Below, one piece after another: positions 55,058 to 64,000 of a DNA stretch of 64,000 nt; within the stretch, counting starts at the first letter, position 1; each line of letters opens with the position of its first letter. Position numbers and translations under genes: made by a program. Source of the stretch: Bdellovibrionota bacterium (GTDB lineage: Bacteria > Bdellovibrionota > FAC87 > UBA2466). The notes under the pieces were generated by a model. The model saw only the letters and a program-made list of their open reading frames with translations. It did no database searches and had not been told where the DNA came from. The DNA is taken from NCBI GenBank assembly GCA_041749855.1, contig JBGTAN010000002.1, positions 17,055 to 81,054 of the forward strand, given 5' to 3'.

Positions 55058-55914
55058 AGCATCTTTCTTCTCTTTGTGCATTAATGGCGGTCGGCTTCCA
55101 AGCCGCGCCCCTACTGGCGAACGCAGAACCTCAATTTACCTCGCGTGTTTTTTTTCTGATTAACGAATCGAGCCCACAGCAGGTCGTTCGAAGCCGCAAG
55201 ATCATTGAGAAAGAGTTCGCGCAAACTTTTGCAGGTATCCCTCAGCTTCAGAAATCGCGGTATCAGATGATAGCCGATGGAAACCATGTAGTTTTCACCA
55301 TGATTACGGCAGAAGATCAGCGCATTCCGTTTCAAAATCTCGTTTCGTCTACCGTCGGTCAGATGAATGGCGTTGTGCGAACACGCGGCCGCTACGATTT
55401 GCTGCGCACGAGCTATGATGAGCAAGCGGCTGGTCCCGAGCTCGTGGTCACGCTGGATGAGAGCAATCTCAAAATCAAATCCATCGTTGCTCGCTCCGTA
55501 CCCTTACGAGAATTGCTGGGTGAGCTAAAACTTCAGTTCGGCGAACCCAGACCCTCTTATCCCGGCTCAAGGAAAATGGTGCCTGGATTTAGCTATTTGA
55601 TTCCCGGTGAGTGCGCGACTCGGCAAGTGGATTGGAGTTTTGGCACTCAGGACGAATCGGAAGTTAAAACGCTCGATGAAGCCATGAGCGAAGTAGCGAA
55701 GCTTTTTGGTTTAAAGGCCGAGAATCACAATGGCACCTTCATCTTCAGCGGCCAGTGTCCCCAACCTGCTGGCCGACAACGGCCAACCTCAGTAGAACTG
55801 TTCCCCACACGATGGATGCCAGGAAGTGAGTTTCACACGGTGCCGCTCCCCGTCCCTTTGAGACCACGCGCCGCAAATCCCGTTCCTGCCATTCCTGTTG
55901 GACTAGTGGAATAG
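55054..55914 (+). CDS. Periplasmic hypothetical protein in ECF operon
   Basis: ATGA coupling and signal peptide. Confidence 0.7.
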   Translation: MKHLSSLCALMAVGFQAAPLLANAEPQFTSRVFFLINESSPQQVVRSRKIIEKEFAQTFAGIPQLQKSRYQMIADGNHVVFTMITAEDQRIPFQNLVSSTVGQMNGVVRTRGRYDLLRTSYDEQAAGPELVVTLDESNLKIKSIVARSVPLRELLGELKLQFGEPRPSYPGSRKMVPGFSYLIPGECATRQVDWSFGTQDESEVKTLDEAMSEVAKLFGLKAENHNGTFIFSGQCPQPAGRQRPTSVELFPTRWMPGSEFHTVPLPVPLRPRAANPVPAIPVGLVE

Positions 55915-55916
55915 GT

Positions 55917-56309
55917 TTAATTTTTACGTAAATCGAATCCGATGATGGAAGCTGAAGCAGCAAGTCCTTTATCTAGAGTCCAAAGCGGCACTCCATATTC
56001 CGCCGCCAGGCTACCTATCAAACAGTCCAGGGTGGTTAGAGTGATTCCTTTTTTACGGCATCGAAAGTAGTTCCAGGCGCTTATCCCCCAGTGGCGCGAA
56101 GTCACTTCAAGAAAATCAAACCCCTGAAAGGCGTCCCAAAGCTGGTGGAACTGCTCTTCGGTTCGAGCACCCTGGCACACTTCCACTTGAATAAAGCGAG
56201 TGAGATGAATGAGCTCATTCTTCAGGATAAGCTTTTTGAGTTCATTGCATTCCGAAGTCTTGGGATTGGAGGCCGAAATCCAAACAGAGCTATCGATCAG
56301 AACCGCCAC
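55917..56309 (-). CDS. vapC: PIN-domain toxin
   Basis: LIDSSVWI, EVCQG, DCLI and LWTLDK motifs. Confidence 0.9.
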   Translation of the reverse strand: MAVLIDSSVWISASNPKTSECNELKKLILKNELIHLTRFIQVEVCQGARTEEQFHQLWDAFQGFDFLEVTSRHWGISAWNYFRCRKKGITLTTLDCLIGSLAAEYGVPLWTLDKGLAASASIIGFDLRKN

Positions 56310-56514
56310 GATTGCGCCTCACTCGGTTGCTCCCCTCGTAAAAACCCGTTCCCAGCAGTTTTGCCATGGAGTGGCGCCTCGCTTGCGCAATATAGGCGTC
56401 CAGAGCCAGATCCAAAAGTTCACGAAGGGTGGATACCTGCCCCAGGCGCTTGGCGAGGTCTACTTTTTCGGTCTCTAGCTCCACCGATGTTTTGGTCGTG
56501 CCGATATGCTTCAT
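56290..56514 (-). CDS. vapB: VapB-type antitoxin
   Basis: KTSVEL....D.A.RL....T.RELLD.AL pattern. Overlaps the vapC start. Confidence 0.85.
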   Translation of the reverse strand: MKHIGTTKTSVELETEKVDLAKRLGQVSTLRELLDLALDAYIAQARRHSMAKLLGTGFYEGSNRVRRNRGGSDR

Positions 56515-56541
56515 ATATCTAATATTAGCATATTAGATATA
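56514..56541 (-). promoter_or_regulatory. vapBC operator palindrome with extended -10
   Basis: Perfect 12-bp inverted repeat TATATCTAATAT-TAGC-ATATTAGATATA. TGC-TAATAT lies 7 nt before the ATG. Confidence 0.75.
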
Positions 56542-56565
56542 AATAGAGCTAGGGGGTGGCTTACT

Positions 56566-57390
56566 TTATTCAGGAAAAAAGTGGTCATCGATATAATCCG
56601 GTACAACCGGAGTAAAAGGCTTGGCTCTTCCTTGCTCTGGAACCACTGGGGTCGAAGGCCTAGTGTGAATCCGATCGACTAGAATCGGATGCGCAGACTT
56701 GAAGCCTGCTGCCCGTAATCGCTCCTTCAAAGCCTCGCCTTCGAGATCTGTGCGGACCGTCAATGTCATTGGATCTGGTGTCCATCTCGAGTGTTCCAAA
56801 TCCAGCTCCACGCCTGGAATCTTACCTAACCGGGCCGCTATTTCATTCTTGGTTTTAGAAACTTTTTCTGAAGGGGGCGGAATTTGGTAACGCTCGCCCG
56901 GCGCAAATCGTTGCTTCACGTAAAACGTGTATGACAATTCTTCCGGTGGAAGGAGTTTCATTCCTCCGCTCTCAGCGTCTTTTTGCGTCTCGATACTTCG
57001 GATTTCAGTAACAGCCAGTCGCTTACCATCGAAATTACCAACGAGAGTGACAACGTTCCCGCTCTCATCTGCGCCCTTGGAAAGTAAATTCTCAAGAGCC
57101 GGTTTAAAGGCGATCAAACGATGCATTTTCCCTGAGGGGGTCTCTAGATAAAGAAAGTCTTTGTGCCAAACGAGTTTACCAATCCAGGCAACCACTGCTT
57201 CTTCGGGCGCTTCGGGGCGGGGCCGCCTGATACCGGGTTCCACAGCCGAATGCTCTGCCAACAAGGCTGAGGATTCGATGAAGAGAGAACCGAGAACAAA
57301 CAGAGCCGCTCGCGACACTCTTAGATTTGGACTTAACATCCCTTTGTTTGGTGCAAAGCTACTGCCAGTAGGGGGCTTCACGAAGCGCAA
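56566..57390 (-). CDS. Hypothetical exported protein
   Basis: 274 aa ORF with a signal-like stretch. True start is probably internal. Confidence 0.55.
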   Translation of the reverse strand: MRFVKPPTGSSFAPNKGMLSPNLRVSRAALFVLGSLFIESSALLAEHSAVEPGIRRPRPEAPEEAVVAWIGKLVWHKDFLYLETPSGKMHRLIAFKPALENLLSKGADESGNVVTLVGNFDGKRLAVTEIRSIETQKDAESGGMKLLPPEELSYTFYVKQRFAPGERYQIPPPSEKVSKTKNEIAARLGKIPGVELDLEHSRWTPDPMTLTVRTDLEGEALKERLRAAGFKSAHPILVDRIHTRPSTPVVPEQGRAKPFTPVVPDYIDDHFFPE

Positions 57391-57477
57391 TGTAGCCTGC
57401 AGATCAATTGGCCGATCACAAGGGGTCTACAGTGGAGATGGCTGCCTAACTATCCAATCCAACTCAATCTTTGGACT

Positions 57478-58548
57478 TCTGGACCCTACCTGTACTCCCG
57501 AGAAGCTTTCGGTAGATTTGCAGGATTTCAAATAGGCTGGATGATTTGGCTAACAAGAGTGACCGGCCTTGCGTCGGTGGTAAGTGGCTTGGCCATTGCC
57601 ACGGGGATGTTTTTCCCAAGTGTCGAGTCGGGAACGGGGCGCGCGGTCTTTATTTCGTTTCTGATTGGTCTTTTTACGTGGATTAACTTCAGAGGCATGC
57701 GTCTTAGCGCCAACGTCATTTCCTTTCTCACGGTGGGCAAGCTCGTGCCCCTGCTCTCACTCATCTTGGTCTGGCTTTTTTCTCAACCAGGGTTTGAACT
57801 CCCTGGCTCAAACGCCACTTTGTCTTCTTGGGGAAGTGCCCTGCTTCTGCTGGTCTTTATGTTTGGAGGATACGATGTGATCCCCGTGCCGGCCGGTGAA
57901 GTGAAAGCGCCCACTCGAGTCGTTCCACAAGCATTGATGATTTCCGTCGTTTTCGTCTCAAGTATCTTCATTCTGCTGCAATTGGTTGCCGAATCCTCGT
58001 TACCCGGTTTGGTGAGCTCCAAAACGCCGCTTGCCGATGCGGGAGGGGTTCTTCTTGGAACGCATGGAGCTCTTTTCGTCGCCATCGGCTCGATTTTGGC
58101 AATGGCGGGTAACAACATGGGACAGGTTCTGACGGGCTCCCGCGAACTGTATGGCATGGCTGCGCAAGGCGATCTACCCAAAGCACTGAAGTCTATACAC
58201 TCAAAGTACCGTACCCCGGCCAATGCGATTTTGATTACAGCCGTTGCGGGATGGTTGATGGCGCTTTCGGGATCCTTCGTCATACTTGCCATGAGTAGCG
58301 CGATGGCAAGGCTCGTCGTCTATGTCGGAACCGCAGGCTCGGTGATCCGTTTGCGACAGTTAGAGGGCAAGCAGGGCCTAAGGAGGGCAGAGTTCTGCGT
58401 TCCACTGGGGTCGTTGATTCCGGTCATTGCGATCGCAGCGTCGGTAGTCGTCATGCTGGGCGCTTCCCAGGCCCAGTTTGCAGCTGGCTTAGGCGCTCTC
58501 ACGGTAGGAAGTGGTCTTTATTACTTTGGTAGGCGAACCAACCGTTGA
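57478..58548 (+). pseudogene. APC amino acid permease, 5'-truncated
   Basis: In-frame SGPYLYSREAFGRFAGFQIGW precedes ATG 57541. No TM1-2 sequence upstream, and in-frame stops near 57322-57336. Confidence 0.7.
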
Positions 58549-58639
58549 ACCAGTAGCAAAGAGCTACCAGTCCGCCTGAATGAACCTGAAACATTTACGT
58601 TCTTTTCGTCGGTAAGTGCCTGGCCGTTTCCTCAGAAAA

Positions 58640-58655
58640 CGGCACAGCCCTTGCT
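58640..58655 (+). promoter_or_regulatory. Sigma54-like promoter
   Basis: CGGCACAGCCCTTGCT. Confidence 0.5.
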
Positions 58656-58679
58656 CTCTCCTTAGATTGGGGGGAAACC

Positions 58680-59624
58680 ATGAAAACTTCACGTTGGGGC
58701 ATTAATCACTTTTGGTTACTGGCCATTCTAGTTGCTTCGATGCCATCACGCGTTGGAGCCGCCGAAAGTCCGGCGCCTGCCTCTTTAGAGGAAACCAAGA
58801 AGACCAGCACTCTGGACTGGATCGGCCGCAACTTCGGGATGAACTACAATAGCTTCTTCGCCGGCCCAGGTATTGGATTGCCCCTAGGCATGCCTCCCGG
58901 GATGACCGGAGAACCCTCCGACTCAGGCCTCAACTTTTTCAACCTCGTCTCAGTCAAATGGAAGTTCAGCGAGCGCTTCGCATTCGATGTGCAATTTCGA
59001 AATCAGCTGGTCGTTACCAACCAGTGGGAGTTTCGACACCAAGGCCAGCGCTTTGGCGTTTCGGGCAAGCTGTTAAAAGGCGCAAACTGGGTGCTCGCCG
59101 GAGCGGTTAATACCGATGTTCCCTTGGCGGCCATTGCCGGTCAAATTCCTTCGCAGCGCACATTGCTATTAAACCCGGGCATGTTTGCCACTTTCTCGTA
59201 TAACCCCGAAGGAAGTCGCTGGTCCGCTTTTGCTTTGCTCGCGCCGCGCATGTGGGTTTATCGCGATCGGGAAGCCCTGGCCCTACAGGACGTCGCCAAT
59301 GGCGGAACGAATGCGAAGCCTGAGTATTCCATCTACATGAACCCCTCGGTCAACTACGCGGTCAACGAGAAGGTCGGCGTGCGGCTGGGAACCACTTTGG
59401 AGTTCAGCAAGAATGTCGGTTGGGACTCGCTGCGACGCAACTACATGCCTTTTGAACTGGGGGTCACGTACGACATTAGTAAGATGTTTAGCGTCTATAC
59501 GTACTTACTCACCTCAACGCCCTTGGATGATCAGCTGCGCAGCTTACAGCTGGGAACTGCGACTCCTCCGAGCTGGACCCGTACGGCTTCCATCAATGTG
59601 TGGCTGAGTGGGACGCTATTCTAG
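58680..59624 (+). CDS. Probable outer-membrane beta-barrel protein
   Basis: Signal peptide, aromatic alternating strands and C-terminal WLSGTLF. Confidence 0.7.
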   Translation: MKTSRWGINHFWLLAILVASMPSRVGAAESPAPASLEETKKTSTLDWIGRNFGMNYNSFFAGPGIGLPLGMPPGMTGEPSDSGLNFFNLVSVKWKFSERFAFDVQFRNQLVVTNQWEFRHQGQRFGVSGKLLKGANWVLAGAVNTDVPLAAIAGQIPSQRTLLLNPGMFATFSYNPEGSRWSAFALLAPRMWVYRDREALALQDVANGGTNAKPEYSIYMNPSVNYAVNEKVGVRLGTTLEFSKNVGWDSLRRNYMPFELGVTYDISKMFSVYTYLLTSTPLDDQLRSLQLGTATPPSWTRTASINVWLSGTLF

Positions 59625-59718
59625 GGCATCGACGCTATAACTGCGGCTTATCACCCCTATCCTCGCATCTGATTGGCGAGTTTTTCAAAGTCCGCCGAAG
59701 CTATTTCTAGGGGGACTT

Positions 59719-60270
59719 ATGAAAAACAAAAGTTGGTTAGTATTGGTGGCAATGGTGATGGGCGCAGGAGCCCAAGCAGCGAGCGATACGCTACTGGACT
59801 GCTGGGATGGCAGTTTCAACTACGGCGAGGTGACAATCAAGGAACTGAGACAGGATTCGCACCTGTTTGAAATCGTCATGAAGTCGGCCGACCCGGCATT
59901 CTTGCACTCTGTGATCCCCGGCAAACTTTTTCAGTGGGGACCCGGGGCGGAAGTGCGCTTCAATCTACTAAAAACAGATTGCAAAACGTCTGCCGGGGAC
60001 GACCTACTCGTCAAGTGCGAAACCAAAAGGCAGTCGCATCTGACTATCAGCTACTTGAAATCACAGGGAGACAAACGCACCCTGGAACTCACCGTCGAAA
60101 ACTTTCAGTTACGGACTTCCCATCGGGAGGTCACAGATATCGATGGAAGTAGTCAACGCTTCGGCGCAACCATCGAATTCGAAACGAAAGATAAAGCCGT
60201 GCGCCAACAACGCTTCGGCGCGTACATCGACATGCAGTTCCCTGGCGAATGTCGGACGCACCCTCACTAA
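59719..60270 (+). CDS. Hypothetical secreted protein
   Basis: AGGGGG RBS, signal ending AQA and four Cys. Confidence 0.72.
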   Translation: MKNKSWLVLVAMVMGAGAQAASDTLLDCWDGSFNYGEVTIKELRQDSHLFEIVMKSADPAFLHSVIPGKLFQWGPGAEVRFNLLKTDCKTSAGDDLLVKCETKRQSHLTISYLKSQGDKRTLELTVENFQLRTSHREVTDIDGSSQRFGATIEFETKDKAVRQQRFGAYIDMQFPGECRTHPH

Positions 60271-60360
60271 GCGCCGCACGCCGGGCAAGGCTCTCCACCT
60301 GGGTAATCCGCAAGCCCCGCTAGAATGCTCACTTGCCATCCCTAGCCAGTATGGTTGCTA

Positions 60361-60395
60361 TTGCTATATGGCATTTAATACCATATACTGGGTTT
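60361..60395 (+). promoter_or_regulatory. Leaderless sigma70 promoter/operator of HigBA-like module
   Basis: TTGCTA-N17-TATACT, 6 nt before the ATG. TATATGG-N9-CCATATA palindrome. Confidence 0.65.
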
Positions 60396-60677
60396 ATGTG
60401 GCGGGTGCATCTAGCGAAAAGGGCAGCGAAACAATTCGAGAAGCTTCCCGCGGACGCTCAGTTCGCTTTAAGAGCGCTGGCAGCCGATATTCAGGCTAAC
60501 GGCCCCTATAGAGCGAACTGGAAGCACTATTCGCCACTTCGGAATCAGGCTGGCAAATACCATTGTCATTTAATGGGCGGCCGGCCGACGTACGTTGTTT
60601 GTTGGGAACTGGTCGATAAAAAGAATAAACTCGTGGAGGTCTATTATGCCGGCACACATGAAAATGCCCCGTACTAA
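60396..60677 (+). CDS. RelE/HigB-like toxin
   Basis: W.V....A.KQ..KLP, YHCHL..GRPTYV.CW and EVYYAGTHE.APY motifs. Confidence 0.82.
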   Translation: MWRVHLAKRAAKQFEKLPADAQFALRALAADIQANGPYRANWKHYSPLRNQAGKYHCHLMGGRPTYVVCWELVDKKNKLVEVYYAGTHENAPY

Positions 60678-61044
60678 GGGAAAGATGGCGACAGTGACTG
60701 TAAAGTCTTCGCCGGAAGAAGCGACTTTTGTATTTGAGATCCCCAAGACAGCCCTTTCGAGTTTTATGGGAACGTTAAAGAAGATTGGAACTCCCATAAG
60801 TGAACGGGATAGCATTCCTGCGGATGAGATCTTTAAGGGCTTAGACAAGAAATATGGACGGGCGGGTAGTATTCTGCGGGGTGCTAGGGCCAAGGAAGGG
60901 CTTACCCAGGAGGAACTAGCGAAGAAGGCTGGTATTGAGCAGGCCGACCTTTCCAAAATGGAAAATGGCAAACTTTCGATTGGTCGCGAACGTGCCAAAC
61001 GCCTGGGTGAAGTCCTGGGTATCGATTATCGATTGTTTTTATAG
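60646..61044 (+). CDS. XRE HTH antitoxin (HigA-like)
   Basis: GGAGG RBS and LRGAR.KEGLTQ.ELA...GI.Q..LS.MENG motif. Toxin-first order. Confidence 0.85.
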   Translation: MPAHMKMPRTKGKMATVTVKSSPEEATFVFEIPKTALSSFMGTLKKIGTPISERDSIPADEIFKGLDKKYGRAGSILRGARAKEGLTQEELAKKAGIEQADLSKMENGKLSIGRERAKRLGEVLGIDYRLFL

Positions 61045-61054
61045 AGGGGAAAAG

Positions 61055-61131
61055 TGGAGCGGGACACGGGGTTCGAACCCGCGACCTCAACCTTGGCAAG
61101 GTTGCGCTCTAGCCAACTGAGCTAGTCCCGC
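61055..61131 (-). tRNA. tRNA-Gly(GCC)
   Basis: GCGGGAC..AGCTCAGTTGG..AGAGC, anticodon arm CAACC-TTGCCAA-GGTTG, GGTTCGAACCC and encoded CCA. Confidence 0.97.
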
Positions 61132-61293
61132 TTTGAGAAGCTTCAGAATTAGTGGCATTTCCCCTTAAAGGCAAGATTCTTCAAGGCTCCAGAAGCGCCT
61201 TGGGTCCTATGGCCAAAGGCACACAATCTTTCGGGTTTCTCCAACTTCTCTTAGGGATTTTTGCGTAAAGTCGGAAAACACCTGGGGCCGTTT

Positions 61294-62844
61294 ATGTCGA
61301 CCGATGAAATCTTTAAGTTATCCGGCGAAGAGAGCTTTCGCACGCTGGCCCAGTCCATTCCCCAAATGATTTGGACGGCAAAGCCAGACGGAAGCCTCGA
61401 CTACTTCAATGCCCGCTGGAGCGAGTATACCGGCTTCACATTCGAGGACATGCAGGTCGATTCCGAGTACAGAAGGGGGCTTCTGCATCCGGATGATTTC
61501 GATAAGTGCATGGTCCTGTGGTCTCAAGCCCTCCAGTCCGGAATGCCCTTTGAAGATGAGTATCGGTTCCGACGAGCCGATGGAGTCTATCGCTGGCACT
61601 TAGCTCGTGCTTTGCCACTGCGAAACTCCCGTGGGGAGATTGTAAAGTGGTTCGGAACCACTACCGACATTAACGACTATAAGCGCATTCAAGAGCAGGC
61701 GCTCACCGCCGAACAACATCGAAAAACCGCCGAGGACCTTTCTCGCATTAAGTCACAGTTTCTTGCCAACATGACCCACGAAATTCGCACTCCTTTAAAC
61801 GCTGTCATCGGAATGGTGGATGTACTGATGACGACCCACTTGTCGCCGGGACAAAGCGAGTACGTAGGGGTCATTCACAATGCCGCGAACCACCTACTTA
61901 GTCTTCTGAACGACATCTTAGATCTATCGAAGATTGAAGCCGGAAAAATGGAACTCTCCGAAGCCCCCTACTCCCTGCGCAATCTCATCAGCGCACTGGA
62001 ACATGAATTCTCCGCCAGTGCCGCTCAGAAGAACCTCACGTTTTCCGTAATCTGGGACCCCAAAACTCCAAACAATGTAATGGGAGACCAAGCAAGACTT
62101 CGGCAAATTCTCGTAAACTTGGTGGGCAACGCGCTGAAATTTACCCCGCAGGGCTTCGTTATTCTCCAAATCGGGGGGAAGACCGCTCCCGCAAGACTGC
62201 GCTTTGACGTCATTGATTCAGGAATTGGCATCAAGAAGGACGTCATTCCCCATCTCTTCACACCGTTCATTCAAGCCGACAGCTCTACCACACGACAGTA
62301 TGGAGGAACGGGGCTGGGGCTTTCTATTTGTAAAGAGCTGGTGGAACGCATGGGCGGAACCCTTGGAGTCGACTCCACCAGTAGAGGTTCGCGCTTCTGG
62401 TTCGAAGTCCCCGCGCAAACAACCACCGCCGCTCCTTCGATACCGGAGGATTTCTTCAAACCGGTGGCCCGCACCAAGCAAGTGGGGCGAATCCTTGTGG
62501 CGGAAGACAATCCGATCAATCAGAAAGTACTGGTTACCATGCTCGATCGATTGGGCTTTTCAAACCAGGCAGTTGAATCGGGTGATGAAGTCCTCGTCAG
62601 CGTAGAAGTGAAAGAGCCTATCCTGATTCTTATGGACTGCCAGATGCCGAAGATGGACGGCTACGAAACCGCGCAGCGCCTGCGACAAATGCAAAAAAAT
62701 ATTCCCATAGTTGCGGTTACAGCGAGTGCCGTATCAGGAGAAAAGGAACGTTGTTTAGAGGCCGGAATGAACGACATCCTCTTCAAACCACTCAAACTCG
62801 AACAGCTCCGCCGTACCCTAGAGAGATGGCTTCCGGTCGACTAG
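61294..62844 (+). CDS. Cytoplasmic PAS hybrid histidine kinase with receiver
   Basis: PAS (LHPDD), [31 protein letters not shown] and receiver ([13 protein letters not shown]) motifs. Confidence 0.95.
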   Translation: MSTDEIFKLSGEESFRTLAQSIPQMIWTAKPDGSLDYFNARWSEYTGFTFEDMQVDSEYRRGLLHPDDFDKCMVLWSQALQSGMPFEDEYRFRRADGVYRWHLARALPLRNSRGEIVKWFGTTTDINDYKRIQEQALTAEQHRKTAEDLSRIKSQFLANMTHEIRTPLNAVIGMVDVLMTTHLSPGQSEYVGVIHNAANHLLSLLNDILDLSKIEAGKMELSEAPYSLRNLISALEHEFSASAAQKNLTFSVIWDPKTPNNVMGDQARLRQILVNLVGNALKFTPQGFVILQIGGKTAPARLRFDVIDSGIGIKKDVIPHLFTPFIQADSSTTRQYGGTGLGLSICKELVERMGGTLGVDSTSRGSRFWFEVPAQTTTAAPSIPEDFFKPVARTKQVGRILVAEDNPINQKVLVTMLDRLGFSNQAVESGDEVLVSVEVKEPILILMDCQMPKMDGYETAQRLRQMQKNIPIVAVTASAVSGEKERCLEAGMNDILFKPLKLEQLRRTLERWLPVD

Positions 62845-63614
62845 TTCACGTGCGGTTTATCGGCGATAACCGCAAGGGATAGAGCGGGGTAACCCATCCG
62901 CTTCGTTACCGCTTTGTCCAACTTGCGCAAGATCCGCAGCGGAAAGGTGATAGCCCACGCAAGGGAGTGCGGCATCCGCTGATCCAGTTTGCAGATCCAG
63001 CTGTAGAGCGTTTGCGAAAGGTAGCCACTCAAGAAATCTACCTGCCGCACCCGAAGCCCCGCCGTTTCGCAAAGCGTGCGAACTTCACGTTCCGTATAAC
63101 CGAAGCGCACATGGCCCCCATCTTCCACCGAAGCCCGGTATTCACGATCGGGGTGTTCGCCGATTAAGGGATGGTGCCATTTGAAGGGGGTCGTCAGTAG
63201 TAGCTGCCCGCCCTCTTTCAATAGGGCAGCAAGCTGCGTCACGAGTTTCTGGTCTTCCAGCAAGTGTTCTATCGTCTCAAGACAAATGACCTGATCAAAC
63301 TTGCCCAAGCTCGGGGCGACTTCGTCCAGGTACCGTAAGTCGACTTGTCGAAACTGCACATTGGTCAGTTTCAGAATTTTGGCGCGCTCAGCGGCTGTGT
63401 GATTGTTTCTTTCGTTGAATGAAAGACCGACTGTGAAATTTCCCTGACGAGCAGCAAAGAGCGAAAACGCTCCTGTTCCACAACCCGCTTCCAGCGTCCA
63501 AACAGGTCCTTGTTTAAGATGTGCCTTCACCCACTCCCATCGATCCGCGACGGTGGGATCTCCGTGAAGGATCGTTGCGCGCCACCCCAAGACTCTAACC
63601 AAAGCGTTTTCCAT
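62841..63614 (-). CDS. Class I SAM-dependent methyltransferase
   Basis: LEAGCGTG, FDQVIC.ETIEH and LK.GG.LLLTTP motifs. Confidence 0.88.
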   Translation of the reverse strand: MENALVRVLGWRATILHGDPTVADRWEWVKAHLKQGPVWTLEAGCGTGAFSLFAARQGNFTVGLSFNERNNHTAAERAKILKLTNVQFRQVDLRYLDEVAPSLGKFDQVICLETIEHLLEDQKLVTQLAALLKEGGQLLLTTPFKWHHPLIGEHPDREYRASVEDGGHVRFGYTEREVRTLCETAGLRVRQVDFLSGYLSQTLYSWICKLDQRMPHSLAWAITFPLRILRKLDKAVTKRMGYPALSLAVIADKPHVN

Positions 63615-63878
63615 TTTTTCAACCCTCGTAAAGCTGTCTAAAAGCTGGTGAGTGCGCCGGACCGGCCCTTTGCATTCGAAAAGAATACACTAGTCTTTTC
63701 AGTAAGTTAATGACGCCAAGTGGCGATCGACTAAGGTCAGGTCGGTGTTCGACCCCTGTCCAATCCGCTGACAGGGTAAGTCGCGGGTTCCATTGAATTT
63801 GAGCACTTGCGGGCACTCGGTGGTGTCTCACAAAACGAATACACCCGCGCGCTAGGCACGCTTCAGGCACGGAATGGC

Positions 63879-63894
63879 TGGCGACAGGCTTGCA
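63879..63894 (+). promoter_or_regulatory. Sigma54-like promoter
   Basis: TGGCGACAGGCTTGCA followed by a GGGGAGG RBS. Confidence 0.5.
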
Positions 63895-63920
63895 CTATCA
63901 CTAGGTGGGGAGGAACGGCT

Positions 63921-64000
63921 TTGCCTATTGGGCGAACCACATTGCAGCTGGCGTTTGTATTATGCCTGGCCTACGGCTTTTGCGCCGTTACGTCGCTTCA
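63921..64000 (+). CDS. Start of a probable exported protein (runs off the window)
   Basis: TTG after the RBS, reading MPIGRTTLQLAFVLCLAYGFCAVTSL (signal-like). Confidence 0.4.
   Translation, partial: MPIGRTTLQLAFVLCLAYGFCAVTSL

Noticed and set aside
63619-63870. 83 aa minus-strand ORF, or possible ncRNA in this intergenic region
   Set aside because: No RBS, motif or convincing structure seen. An Rfam search would be needed.

Overview
Bacterial chromosomal window with moderately high GC. Gene content suggests Bdellovibrionota/Oligoflexia-like origin (inference): an Agl/Glt-type gliding operon, many secreted hypotheticals, and FliA-, sigma54- and ECF-type promoter motifs. It holds about 60 CDS and one tRNA-Gly(GCC). 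Recognisable genes include sodC, two hemerythrin-like proteins, MarC, a ComEC-like MBL hydrolase, an orphan Dam methylase, a neutral ceramidase, a polyprenyl synthase, prc, kup, VIT1, a desaturase, mlaEFD, a 10-gene gliding operon (33.4-44.9 kb), ABC-F, rlmN, an ECF sigma/anti-sigma locus and a hybrid histidine kinase. There are two accessory patches. The first (25.8-28.2 kb) carries a lytic-transglycosylase-like gene plus partner next to AbiEi and an internally deleted AbiEii. The second (55.9-61.0 kb) carries VapBC, a 5'-truncated APC permease and a HigBA-like module at the tRNA 3' end. Best candidates for something new: (1) the SLT/partner pair with TA-like promoter architecture; (2) a propeptide-less RCC1-kexin lipoprotein protease with a coupled external chaperone; (3) an MlaF with every ATPase motif degenerate; (4) an ECF promoter motif shared by the sigma gene and prc; (5) a signal-peptide-bearing prenyl synthase next to a secreted metallothionein-like protein. 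No CRISPR array, integrase or transposase was seen. All calls come from manual motif reading, with no database searches.
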